A DNA stretch of 64,000 nt from Octopus vulgaris (lineage: Eukaryota). Below the pieces are notes generated by a model that saw nothing but the letters and a program-made list of their open reading frames with translations, searched no databases and was not told the origin of the DNA. The translations under genes were made by a program, and so were the position numbers. Shown in pieces: positions 27,195 through 39,267 of this stretch. How positions within the stretch are numbered: the stretch's first letter is position 1; each line of letters begins with the position of its first letter. The stretch is taken from the NCBI GenBank assembly GCA_951406725.2, contig OX597828.1:61132001-61196000 (forward strand). The letters are read 5' to 3'.

Positions 27195-28859
27195 TTTATT
27201 TCATTAAATTGGCCATATAGGCCTTACAAAGAGAAGCTTGTGGGCTGGACATGGACAAGATGAGATGAAATGAAGCAAAATGATACGGATGAGAGGGATG
27301 TCGGCGCCCACCGACCGACAAACCCTCGAATACAAAGTTTCTTTCAACAATTCACTTTGTCAGGTCTCCCAAGCAAAGTGTCTTGCCGCCTGCAGACAAC
27401 TCTGCATCGACAAGTCGGGGCCTGCAAAGAGGAAAGCAAATTCTTCCTTGTCAAATGTCGCTGTGACCTTTGACAAAATTCTTTCCGTTACTACCTCTAC
27501 AGCCACCTGCTGCGGAGGCCATATCAGACTACTTGAGCAGACCGAGTACACACGTTCTTGGTTACCCAAGCCGTCCCAAAATTTACTCACCGTCCCTCCC
27601 TCGTGGTAAAGGAGGACTAATACCTCCTCTTCACAGGAAGGGACCTCACACTGCTCCGTCAGTGGCACACTTCCCACTGACGGAGCCCTATCCGCAGGTG
27701 GCACACATCCCACCTGCGGCTCCGTCGGCGGCCCAGGAACATCCGCCGACCGTCCTCTGCTCCTCATTTTCTTTTTGAGGCTGCGTCGACAGACACGGGT
27801 GGTCGCTCCAATGAGGGGACGGTGGGCACATTTTCTTTCTCATGCTCCAGGGCCTCACCACGGCCCCCTGGACAGTTCCTTTTGATATGGCCAGGCTCCA
27901 GGCACAGGTGACACTTGGGGAGGGTGCGTCCCTCAAGTATCACCGGGTACCTGTACCCGACCATTTTTTGGAAGTCCGGGAACATCATGTCTCCCACGGC
28001 CACCGGGGTCCACAGGGTCGAAGTTGCCTTTGACACCTCCCAGTCGACCGCGAGAGCAATCTTCACACTCAATAGCGTGGGACCGCTATCCCTCAGGCCT
28101 CGCCGGATGGTCTTCTCGATCCATCCTGCCTCCGTGTGGAGTGACTTGGAGTAGGTTCTCAACACCACCTTCCTATCTTCACGGTCTTTCAACCACTTTT
28201 TGGGCGGTATAATCTCCCACTCCAAAACTTTGTCTTTTTTCATTGCCATGTTTCTTTTTTTTTTTTGAAAATATATTCAAAATAAAACTTAAAAAGCGAG
28301 AAAAAAAGAAATCAAAAGAAAGTCACAATAAACAAAAAGGAGAAAGTCAAATAAAATTTAGAACAACACGGCAAAAAAATCTTCCGGCCATTCGGTACTC
28401 CCGGCCTAGGTTGAACCCGGAATACCACAACTGGAACACAACTTCCACAAAAATTGATATACAAATTGTTCAATCTTCGGAGGCAAAGACACTCCCCCAA
28501 ACAGCAGTTCTCACAATTATTTTAAAGTTCTTCAAAAGGCACAATACAAGCAATAATTCTCATAATTAAGTGAGAAAAATATTCACTCAACATAAACCGA
28601 AGACGAATACTCCCCCAAACAAAAATTCTCACAATTCAGCGAGAAAAATTATTTGCCCCATGTAGGCTGAACCAGAATTCTGAATCCAGTAGGACTTCCT
28701 GCCTGTACAAAAACAATTCTCAACAAAAATTCTCACTGGACCCAAAAAACAGAATCTTACCTTACAATGGAGCTTCAAACTTTTTCAATTCGAGACGGTT
28801 TCAAAAGCATGTCTCACCTCTTTGGTGCCGAACACCACAATTATTCGCACATGCGCAGT
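27195..28859 (-). mobile_element. ORF1-only L1/Tx1-like element, copy B (internally deleted)
   Basis: ORF 27764-28249 with EGRTLPKCHLCLEPGHIKRNCP; 5' UTR and 3' end homologous to copy A. Confidence 0.7.
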
Positions 28860-28890
28860 GGAAGCAAGCTTCTTACCTCACAGCCACGCT
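28860..28890 (-). mobile_element. tRNA-like head of the split SINE
   Basis: Reverse complement reads gcgtggctgtgaggtaagaagcttgcttcc (A-box-like). Confidence 0.75.
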
Positions 28891-29532
28891 TGTTTATGAA
28901 TTTGTTTAGCAAGGTTCCTGATGTGAGATCGTGTGTTATAACAGATATTGTTATATTTCGGGGCGGTCATCTTTCCATGTTAAATAAACACACGCACTAT
29001 ATATTCGTTCTTCACTTGTCGTTATTGTTCATATTCCCATTGTCTTATTTCCATTGTCTAGAAATCTTTCCTCACATATAACGACTCAGCGACGACTCTT
29101 ACTAACTCCCACGTGTCCCCTCTCTTCTCTTTACTCATTCTGGTTTTCTATAGTGTGTATCCTTATTTGCGCATGCGTTTGCATCTCTATCCGTGTCTGT
29201 GTGTGTGTGTGCACGTGCGCACACGGGTCTAAGTGCTTTGTGTGTTTGTTTTGTGTGTGTATATGGGTTTGCTTACTATATTGCTTGTGACCGTGCCCTT
29301 TATATAGTTTTTTTTCTTTCATTTACTTACTTATCTCTATTACTTATATTTCATCACATGTATGTGTATGTCCGTTTTTTGTGTATGTATGTATGAGTTT
29401 ATGTATTGTACTGTTTGTATCCGTACCTTTCTCTTTCTTCTGTCTTTAGTCATCGTGTTGCCTATTGTATTGATGGCTGTCATTGTTCCATGTATGAAGA
29501 ACAACTGCATAGTAAGATGAACCCACAGTTTA

Positions 29533-29600
<68 letters not shown>

Positions 29601-29663
29601 GTGTATTTGTATGTGTGTGTGTCTATGTATGTATATATGTATGTACGTATGTATGTATGTATG

Positions 29664-29699
<36 letters not shown>

Positions 29700-29728
29700 T
29701 GTATGTATGTATGTATATGTACATATGT
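29533..29728. repeat. (TA)n(TG)n(TATG)n microsatellite
   Basis: Direct inspection. Confidence 0.95.
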
Positions 29729-29729
29729 G

Positions 29730-32639
29730 TCGGACATCATGACGGCGACGCCGTCCGCTTAGACCAACATAGCCCTTCGGTATCCCAGATCGAAAAAGGT
29801 GCTTGTCAGCTCTTCCAGCTTCCGCAGTAGTTGCTCGAGATCCAGAGTTGACTGCAGGCAGCTTTGACAGACCGAGGGATACGAAACGGTTCCGATAGAT
29901 GACCGTTTACTTTGACCGCCGAACAGGTGCCGCTGTGCATTGCAGCAATCCAGCCTCTGTAAACAGGTCCGAAACCAGTCAATTTCAAGACCGCTTCCAA
30001 GTAGGTATGGTCGACCCTAATTGATCAGGGCTCCACCGAAATCAGCTTTAGTCCTAGCCCTCTCAATGATGTATCACATAATGTGGAGGTGATCGTGGAT
30101 AGATCAGTTCGGGATTGCTCATGTTTGCGCTTCCTCGACCAGACTACCAACGACACTTTAGCCAAAATCTTAAAAACACTAAGTTATTGGCCGAAAATTT
30201 CCCAGCATGTTCCCACTGTCGGCGTCTTCCTCGGCAGGATCCCCAGTTATGGTACTCATCTGCCAAGGAACCGCCAAACAAATCTGTTTTAAACACATAG
30301 AATTCATAGGGCAGACTATCCAAACCGGCCGATTATCGGCTTGTGAAATCGCTCACTGCCTTCCGTATTTCAGTGGGCGTTATCGACTTTTCATAGAACC
30401 TCGCGTCCAGCTACGAACTACTATCCGCTACTTTCGTCGACCCATCGCCCTTTCCAAACTGCCGCACGAAGTGCTGCTGGAAAGCCGCACACATTTATTC
30501 GGAACCGAGCAGCACGCGCCCATCCCGATTCGTCAAAGACCTGACCTTGATTTTGTTTCCACGTTGTGCCTCCACTGTTGTGCCTCCACTGTTGTGCCCC
30601 ATCGAACGTTTTTAGTTCCTTCAGCCTTTGTGTTTCCCTTCGAAGACATGTTTAAGGGCCGTTCTCACCGCTAGCACATCGGTCTTGAATAATCTCTTCT
30701 AATGTGTTAATGAGTTCTCCCTCTAATATATTTCTATTGCTAAAAAAACCAATAAACTTTGTTAAATGTTATCGATTCTACTCTAATCACTCTCTTCAGG
30801 CAATCCACCACCGGTTGTTGAAGACTGCCCCCATTAACTGCCGCTTAACTAGTTCACTAATCCGGTGCCTGTCGTCTTTGCGCGCCTTCTAGTAACCGGG
30901 TCTTTGTCTACGGGAGCTATCTAAATCGATCGTGCAGGTCATAAATTTGTGGTCTGTGTAACCAACCAGTCTGAATTGCGGCAACCTATGATATCCTTAT
31001 CCATTGACCTAGCAAATACTCTAAATATGATCTGAATGATACGTTGTTGTCGCGCCATGTCTACACTGGCGCATGAGGGAAATCCGGCCGATACCTGTCA
31101 GACAGTTGGAAGTTCCTGGGTAGGTTTTCTAGGCATTTGCACCCCGTCTGCTATTTACTAACCCCATATAGTCCTTCCGTGCATCCAAATACTATTCCAG
31201 TCCCCCATGCGTGCTAAAATGTGAGACGTTCCCAAGAATGTTACTAGACCCCTGAAGAAATCTATCCTTCCAGCCCCTACCATTCATATCTTGGACTACC
31301 AAACTGCTGCCCGGGTCGAAGAAGATTGCTTTAAGAGCCAAGTATTTTTGGAATAGGACTGCTACACCGCCGCCTGCTCCCGACAAACCACAAGATGAGA
31401 ATATCTCGTAGTCTTCGAAAATGGATGTTAGAGGAAACTTCCCCAAAATTGTTGTCTCACTAATGGTGGATTCGTCTAAATTAAGCGTGTAAGTGACCCT
31501 CCTTCCAAACCGAACACAGGCCCAAAACATTTACACAGCTTGCTCTAAGTGTAACCAAATGGTTAGAAAGAAAAAGAAGTTATTTTCCTTCGTCTTCGTA
31601 GTTGACTGTTGAAACAACATTCTTTTTAGCTGAGAGGGAGTGGGGAAGAGTTTTTCTAGGAAACTTATTTTCGAGTACTTGCTAACCGTCCGATGAGCAG
31701 GGAGATTTAATTTTAAAAAAAATCCAGATGTGTATTCGTATCGGTTTGAATTAGCATTCTGTTTTCTGTTTGATGGAGTTTTCATAACCATCCCCAATTA
31801 TTTTTGTAGTTAATTACTTCCTCGAGAAATTCAATGTTGCTCAGAAGAATAACAGCGAAGTTGATGAAGGAAATAAGTACACGAGTGTATGATTGTTGAT
31901 CATTTTGTTTTACGGGTGTTTTTTTTTTTTTGTTTTCGTGAATTTTATTCGTTTGTGGTTGAGAAAGTCTTTGTAAAAGTGGGGTTTCTTTCTCTGGTGA
32001 AGATGTTGATGTTGATGTTTTTAGTATTTGATTTTGTGACAGATTTTTCTACAGCACTGTCATGTTTTAGGGCCTTCAATTTGGACCGGCCTCTATTTAT
32101 TTGAGTTTCAGTCTTCCACTTATCACACACGAAGGCCTTTTGGTACGATTTCAATGTCCTTAATTTCCTAACAATGTTTTTGCTTTTGTGAGGCATGAGA
32201 CGGAGGAAAGAGGCAGATGTGAACTAGTGCTCTCACCTAATGTTTGAGGAAGGGACTTTTCTTTTGAATTTGGTAGTTACGGTGGATAATAACGAGTTTT
32301 TTTCCACAACGGGACAAAAGGTTTTAAGGTGGTTAATATTTCCATACACAAATCATTTGTGCTTTTTTCCCCTCTATAAACACCGGTATATGTTAGCATC
32401 CCCGAAACAGGAAAAATCAGGAATGCAATTTATTTCTTCTGGAGAAACTAGTATTTAGAATTCCTTAAGAATTCCAGTCCTATTGAGTTAAGACTCTTGC
32501 TGGATCACTGTGAACCGGCACGTTCTTGACTCGAATTCGAGTCAACCTTTTAATCATACCCCCATGGGGAATCATTATAAAGGTCTGCCTTCTTGTTTGC
32601 TGTTGCATATAGCAGCTACCGTCCCCTATTGCTTTCCTT

Positions 32640-32640
<1 letters not shown>
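29730..32640 (-). mobile_element. Heavily decayed L1/Tx1-type LINE (ORF1 remnant, APE endonuclease and RT fragments)
   Basis: ISET..GGGVAVLF (APE); RVDHTYLEAVLKLTGFG..WIAAMHS..VKVNGHLSEPFRIPRSV (RT). Confidence 0.75.
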
Positions 32641-32641
<1 letters not shown>

Positions 32642-32723
<82 letters not shown>

Positions 32724-32731
32724 ATGTATAT
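32642..32731. repeat. (TA)n microsatellite
   Basis: Direct inspection. Confidence 0.97.
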
Positions 32732-32824
32732 ATTTAAATTATTATAATTATAAACATAATTGTAATTGGGGCTTAGTCGAATAAATATCTTGATTGCTAG
32801 TGCTCTGAAATTTATAATTGAAAT

Positions 32825-32893
32825 ACTATACTGATGATGGAAATAAGGTATGAGTTATTTTACATATCTTTAATTCAGAAACGCGTATATAGT
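32825..32893 (+). ncRNA. Minimal type-I hammerhead ribozyme with intact core
   Basis: acuaua-CUGAUGA-ugga..aagguaug..cauaucuu..uuca-GAAAC-gc-GUA-uauagu; perfect 6-bp stem I and palindromic ACGCGU stem III. Confidence 0.88.
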
Positions 32894-33173
32894 TAATTAA
32901 AGCCGGGTGGATTCGTTATTTTTTCCTCTTTGCCTGTGTGAGTTGAGAGTATTGCTGTCTGAGAGATATCGTATGGTAGCAGAATAGTATCTAACTGCTA
33001 TTTCTACATTTCGGTATGTGGTGAAGCAATTTTGAGAAGCCCTAATTATAATTATGTTTATAATTATAATACTTTTTGTAGAAGTTTACCGATAAAGGTT
33101 CTTTTAATATACCGAACTACTTGGTAAGATTATCAATTATAAATTGATTAATTAATTTTACCCTTTATTATTA

Positions 33174-33209
<36 letters not shown>

Positions 33210-33455
33210 TAAATGAGGGTGAAAAATTAGATATTAATTTAATAATACCATCAGTTTAACACCAAGTGGCATAGCACATAAAAAACCAGGGAGACAATAC
33301 AAATTTATACGTAAATATAAGAGAGTTACCGTTAAGTGGTTAACTCTAGTGCTAGAAATAGCTCCTTTTCTGGTATAGCCACCGAAGTTGTTTCCACAAA
33401 AGAAATAACATTACCTTCAATGTATGGAAAGCGAAATACAACGAAAAGATAAATT

Positions 33456-33533
33456 AATGCTGAACAATTGTTTCTTTATCAACATAATATGCAATTATAC
33501 TCACATATTTATCTATAAATCATCATCAGCATT
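33456..33533 (-). ncRNA. Hammerhead ribozyme with the first core C mutated
   Basis: aaugcug-aUGAUGA-uuuau..auaaa-GAAAC-aauu-GUU-cagcauu. Confidence 0.65.
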
Positions 33534-33575
33534 TGTTTTCGATACAATGTATTAGAATAAATTGTATCGAAAACA

Positions 33576-33649
33576 AATGGTGCTGATGATTTATAAATAT
33601 GTGAGTATAATTGCATATTATGTTGATAAAGAAACAATTGTTCAGCATT
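33576..33649 (+). ncRNA. Minimal type-I hammerhead ribozyme
   Basis: aauggug-CUGAUGA(33583-89)-uuuau..auaaa-GAAAC(33631-35)-aauu-GUU-cagcauu; palindromic ACAAUUGU stem III; one stem I mismatch. Confidence 0.78.
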
Positions 33650-33808
33650 AATTTATCTTTTCGTTGTATTTCGCTTTCCATACGTTGAAGGTAATGTTAT
33701 TTCTTTTGTGGAAACAACTTTGGTGGCTATACCAGAATAAGGAGCTATTTCTAGCACTAGAGTTAACCACTTAACGGTAACTCCCTTATATTTACGTATA
33801 TATATATA

Positions 33809-33853
<45 letters not shown>

Positions 33854-33854
33854 C

Positions 33855-35370
33855 ACCGAGCGCCACGCATCTTGGAGGCATTTTTCTGCTTCTGCAGGAG
33901 TAGGAAATTTAAGTTTCCTCTCCTTGGGAAAAACACATTTATACATAATGGTTTTTAGTTTAGAGTTAGTTTTTTCCCTCCTCACTAAAGGACATAACAC
34001 CTGGTTTTACAATATCATTTTGGCACTAGAGATCTTTATCTTTCAGCTCTTGTATCAAATGCCCTAAAAAAAGATAGAGAGTTGTTGTGGTTCTTTGTTA
34101 TTGTTGCTGTTGTTGCTTTCCACACAGGTTTTGTTGTTATTACTACTGTTGGCATTGATAACTGCATTCTTGTTTTCGTTTTCGTTATCGCTGTTATCAT
34201 TGCTGCTGCTGCTTAGATGTTTGAATACGTGGGGCCCCGGATCACCTTGGAAATAAGGTCACCTTTTAAACACCTGAGGTCCTCGGTGTTGGTGTCGGTA
34301 GGAGGGCCGGTTGCTCCTCTTTTCTCTCTTTAGGGCAAGTGAACCTGAGGTGGCTTTGGTCACCACAAAAGTAAAAACATTTTGGGACCGTCAAGCAGGT
34401 TTATCAAGTCGGAGATGGCATTTATGCTCTCTTGTTCAATTTGCACAAGAAGCTCCATCCCCTGACCCGACCAATTTTGTTGGTGTAACCAGTGTCCCTC
34501 GAGGATTGTGGCGGTGTCCTTTACGTCTAGGAAGACCACCTCCACCAGCCAGCATTTACTGATTTGTGGTGGCAACTCCCCAATTTTTATACGTGTAAGG
34601 TACCGATTAAGATATGTCGACACGAATAAAAATTCATCTGTTTTTAGAGGCACTGTGGAATACTGTTTTGCTTTTTCTTCTGTTGAAAATGCACTTCCAC
34701 TGTGCTGAAGCGTCTTCCTCCCGTCACATAGGTCTTTTGTTTCCATATAGGCTTTGGAATGAACTCCAGGTGTTGCTGAATTGCCTGATGGACCCATTTC
34801 TTCAAAACTTTATGAGGAGTCTTTTTGTTCGTCTCTCATATTAAATTCTGTGGGGCGTTAAGGAGAACATTGTTCCCATCGCTCCTTAACAGTTCATTTG
34901 CCTCTTTTATCGCGTCTAAAGTAATATTTATTTGTTTCTTTGTCTTGCCGCTGAGGCGAAACTGTTGCCGCTTGGTTTGTCGTTATTCTTTTTGCTTGAG
35001 TGTTCTTGTTCGTTCGCGTTGTCAGTGTTTTTTTGTATTCTCTGTTTATGGTGGTGGTGTTGCCCGTGGTGCTAGTGCTGGTGCTGTTCAGAGTGGGGAA
35101 ATCCTCGCTGTATTGGTCATCAGAACAGCCACTGCCACGCTCCTCGTCAAACAAGAAAACAAGAATTTTTTTTTAAAAAGGACTGTAAACCCGAAATCTC
35201 GCCCCTAAAAAAAAGGGGAATTCTATCAACAAGATCCTTGCCGGTGCACAACCAGAGGCTCAAAAACTCAACGATTCAAAAAAAGGCAACACTTCTAAAA
35301 AAAAACAACAACAACAAAACTACCAACTCACAGAACACAAAAATCCACGTCTTTCCTCGCCGGCTACAAC
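33855..35370 (-). mobile_element. L1/Tx1-type ORF1 remnant
   Basis: FSTEEKAKQYSTVPLKTDEFLFVSTYLNRYLTRIKIGELPPQISKCWL resembles the ORF1 at 26320-26640. Confidence 0.6.
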
Positions 35371-35387
35371 AACAATAATTAATTCTT

Positions 35388-36545
35388 TTATTGGCCACAA
35401 ACATAAAATGACATACAACAACATAAAAGAAAACACAAGACGATACAAAGAGAATTATAGCGTGAAAACATTAAAAAACAATAAAAATTAAACAAAGTAA
35501 AAACTCCCAATAGTGGGGTGCGCTTTAAGGCTACTCGTAGAAAACCCCACAAAAGCCACGGGTGTCTGACCAACAGTGCATGAGCCTTTCTCCTTTTATT
35601 TTTCACAGGATCGTTTTACACAGGCCATTGTTTCGACATTCACCTATCTTTCAACAAATTTGCTAGAAGGCAACACTTCCCTCTCCACCTTTACTTACAA
35701 CCTTGAAACTTGAAAAAGTTGATTAGGCTTTTGCAAAAGAGGAAAGTGTCCGTGTTTATCATTTCAAACGTTTCCACCATACGATCTCTCTTCCTATGGC
35801 CACCAGACAAATAAAAATTGCCTGCCCCTCCCGTCCAAAGAAGGGCGGCGGTGCAATCTTCTGATAGTCGGATCCGTCTTACACGCAACAGCATGTGTTT
35901 GACATAAACCCACTGGCCAGCAATGCTCGGCGCTGGACGAGGACGTGCAGAACAGTTTCGTTGCTCTGCGCGCTCCTTGACGGCACTAATGTTTATCCCG
36001 AATGGGCAGCGCCCCTTGGTAGCACTGCCAAGCAAGGGATTTCTGTAAATAATCCATTGGCTCAGGCCCGAAAGTACTCCGAAACAGACCAGTAAGTTGA
36101 TCCTCGACGACGCCTAGAGTTTCCCCGAGAACATCGTCGCACTTTTCCCCCACTAACCCTCTATAGAACGCTGGAGTGGAACTACCACCGATCGCATTGT
36201 CCGCCTGGCGGAAGGTTGTGAGATCTTGACGGCACTCGAGGTACCTCCTCAGTCTACGCCTTATCCAAGATTGCAGCTCAGTCAAAGAAACTAGCTGTGG
36301 AAGAGAGTGTCTGACAAACGGCGACCACACCTGCTCACCGTCAAGGCAACGCTGGATATGCCATAGCCTGAGCGCTTGTCTGCGCAGCAGCAACCACGGC
36401 ATGCCCAGCCTTGCATTCAGCAGCTGTTTACAGCTGATGGAGGGGCCTGACCACAGAAAACAGAAGGGTATGTGCACCAGCTTGGTCAACCAGCAAACAG
36501 GGCAAGGGATGACGGTCAAGCGGTAATAGATGATGGATGCGATGA
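35388..36545 (-). mobile_element. L1/Tx1-type ORF2 3' fragment with AATAAA/A-rich end
   Basis: IYYRLTVIPCP, LGMPWLLLRRQALRL and SLAWQCYQGALPIRDK (region preceding the C-terminal zinc knuckle). Confidence 0.75.
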
Positions 36546-36577
36546 ATAACAACAACAACAACAACAGCACCAGCACC

Positions 36578-36612
<35 letters not shown>

Positions 36613-36649
36613 TAATCCTCTCTATCATAGGCACATGGAACTGCTATCA

Positions 36650-37405
36650 TATACTGGCAAAAGAAAGAACTGATGAACTGATACAAAGATAATAAAAATA
36701 TTGACAGCGCACGAAGCCTTCTACCCTAAGAGCGATACCGAGTGATTTGTAAAATATACCGTGGCACCATTGTCGAAACATGTGAAGAAGGCCGGCGTTC
36801 TTAAAACTGATAATTGTGTGAAAAAAGAAAAAACTTAAGAGGAAACGAACACACAAAAAGAAACAGCATGAAAGCAAAAAAATGTACGGTCAGTTTGCAA
36901 GAGATACGAACGCCAAGACAGATACTGAAGACCGGTGGCTCTGGATGAAGAATAGTGACCTGAAGATAGAGACAGAAGCACTTATTTGCGCATCACAAGA
37001 ACAAGCGTCAGGGACCAACTCTATGAAGTGCAGAATCGACAACACTACCGACAGCGACAAATGCAGAATGTGTGGTGAGACGGGTGAAACGAACTGGCAC
37101 ATCGTTAGCGAATGCCCGAAATTAGCACAACGCGATTACAAAAGAGGACATGACAATGTGGCAAGAATTATCCATTGGGAGCTCTGAGGAAATCAAGACC
37201 TACAAAGAGTCAAGACGTGGTATGGAGTCACCGAAAATGAGAATTGCAAAATCCTATGGATGTAATAATTCAGTGCGATCATCTGACCAGACATCGGAAA
37301 CCGGTCATTATTGTGGTGAATAGAAAAGAAAAAAGTTGCATGATAATCAACATCGCATGTCCCGGTGACAACAGGATCAAAGAGAAAGAAGAAAAACTGA
37401 ACAAA
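36650..37405 (+). mobile_element. R4/Dong-clade LINE 3' fragment
   Basis: MYGQFAR..DLKIETEALICASQEQA..CRMCGETGETNWHIVSEC..HDNVARIIHW; preceded by an AAC/AAT repeat at 36547-36615. Confidence 0.88.
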
Positions 37406-37779
37406 TAATTATGGTTTCTAATTTTGCTCTCCACCTCTCTCTTGATATGACATGTAATAGGTTGCATTTGGTTTAAAACTTCGTCGCTGTAATGTTTACT
37501 TTCATTTTGTGATCTGATGAGGTAAAAATAATCAAACTCTAAACGTCTGTAACATTTTCCAAAATTTGTTTGGAATAACTGAATCGCAGAGACGGATTCA
37601 GCGTGAAAAATTACATCAATATACCAAATTTGAAAATTCTCACAATTTTTAAATTTCAAAATCTCTGACAGCAACAGAAAAGCTCCTCCCTCTCTGTCTC
37701 TTTCTGAGTATTGAATGCATTAATTAGATGCTTAGCACACAAGAGCCTCTGCCACATAAACTCGGGAGACGAGGTCTCA

Positions 37780-38142
37780 CTTCAGTTCAAACTCCCTCAA
37801 TTTGCCAAAAGTCTTAGTTTTGCCAGGACCATCAACAAACCGCAAGAGCAAACATTTTCGGTTGCCGGTTTACACCTTAAGGACCCCTGCTTCACCCATG
37901 GTCAGCTTTACGTTGGATGTTCAAGAGTAGAAAATAATAAAAAATACCACTTTATATCTATACACCAAATAGAAAACCAAAAAAACTCCGTTTATTGGTC
38001 CACTATAGATTGCACGCAAATAATGCAGAAATATGCCCTATCCCTCACGGGGAAGACACGGTCTGACATGGAATAAAAAAAAATGTAATATAAAGGAATT
38101 CAAGTGTGAAAATTGTTCGGCAACGACGGGGTACTCAGCTAG
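37780..38142 (+). mobile_element. Helitron 3' end with PIF1-like helicase C-terminal fragment
   Basis: SFARTINKPQEQTF..CFTHGQLYVGCSRV; ends ggcaacgacggggtactcagCTAG. Confidence 0.85.
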
Positions 38143-38360
38143 TCATCTCTATTTTTTACTTCATTAACAAATTTTATGAATTAAAAGACCGATGGCAACA
38201 AATGCTATGTAGAAAATATAAACCATTTCATATAAAACGCTGTTTTAAAGCTGTATACAAGAAATGAACAGCCAAAACCAATATGATTCTCTTCAAAGCT
38301 TGCCTATAGGTTTTCCTGCAAAACTGTAGCAACAGCAAAGAGAAGTTAATTTATAAAGAA

Positions 38361-38761
38361 CTAGCAGTATCGCCCGGCGTTGCTCGGGTTTGTAAGGGAA
38401 ATAACTATATAAGCATTTTTAGAGAGTTACTTCCTTTATAGATGCCAATTCGGGCTTTCTTAGCCATTTCTGTTTTGGTATCTTCAAGCCATGAAGTCGT
38501 TGTTCTAAAAGAACGCTGGTCTCCTTGACAACGCTTTACGACGTTGATTTCCTTACACTCCCTTCCCCACAGCTTCACGAGGGAGGGAAGAAGGGGGAAA
38601 AGCAAACAGGTGCAGGTGTGACCATGGGCGCCAACTCCGCCGCCATCGACACACGAAAAATTATAAGATACCCGAATTTGGTTAAACTGCACCGCAAAAT
38701 GTGGGAGTAGTTAGGAATCTAAATCGAAGGGGACAGACACTCACACAACTACAGTTTTATA
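38361..38761 (-). mobile_element. Non-autonomous Helitron, copy 1 (shorter)
   Basis: Reverse complement of copies 2 and 3 with an internal deletion; CTAG end at 38361. Confidence 0.88.
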
Positions 38762-39267
38762 TCTATATATATAAAACTCTAGTTGTGTGAGTGTTTGTCC
38801 CCTTCGATTTAGATTCCTAACTCCTCCCACATTTTGCGGTGCAGTTTAACCAAATTCGGGTATCTTATAGTCGTGATTCATATCGAGCCCGTCTGACTAT
38901 TAGCGCGCGTCAACGAGGAGTCTACGATTTTAAAAATAATTTAACATCATTTTTTATTCCATTTTAATGCATAAAATGCATCGTATGTCGATGGCGGCGG
39001 AGTTGGCGTCCACGCTCACAGCTGCACCTGTTTGCTTCTCCCCCTTCCCTCCCTCGTGAAGCTGTGGGGAAGGGAGTGTAAAGAAATCAACGTCGTAATG
39101 CGTTGTGAAGGAAACCAGCGTTCTTTTAGAACAACGACTTCATGGCTTGAAGACACCAAAACAAAAATGGCTAAGAAAGCCCGAATTTATAAGGGAAGTA
39201 ACTCTCTAAAAATGCTTATATAGTTATTTCCCTTACAAACCCGAGCAACGCCGGGCGATACTGCTAG
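38762..39267 (+). mobile_element. Non-autonomous Helitron, copy 2
   Basis: 5' TCtatatatataaaac; 3' hairpin cccgagcaacgccggg then CTAG. Confidence 0.9.

Larger units (their letters stand above)
33306..33800. repeat. Foldback palindrome with ~240-bp arms (33306-33548 / 33561-33800)
   Basis: Arms are reverse-complementary with a handful of differences; 12-nt loop; ends in (TA)n. Confidence 0.97.
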
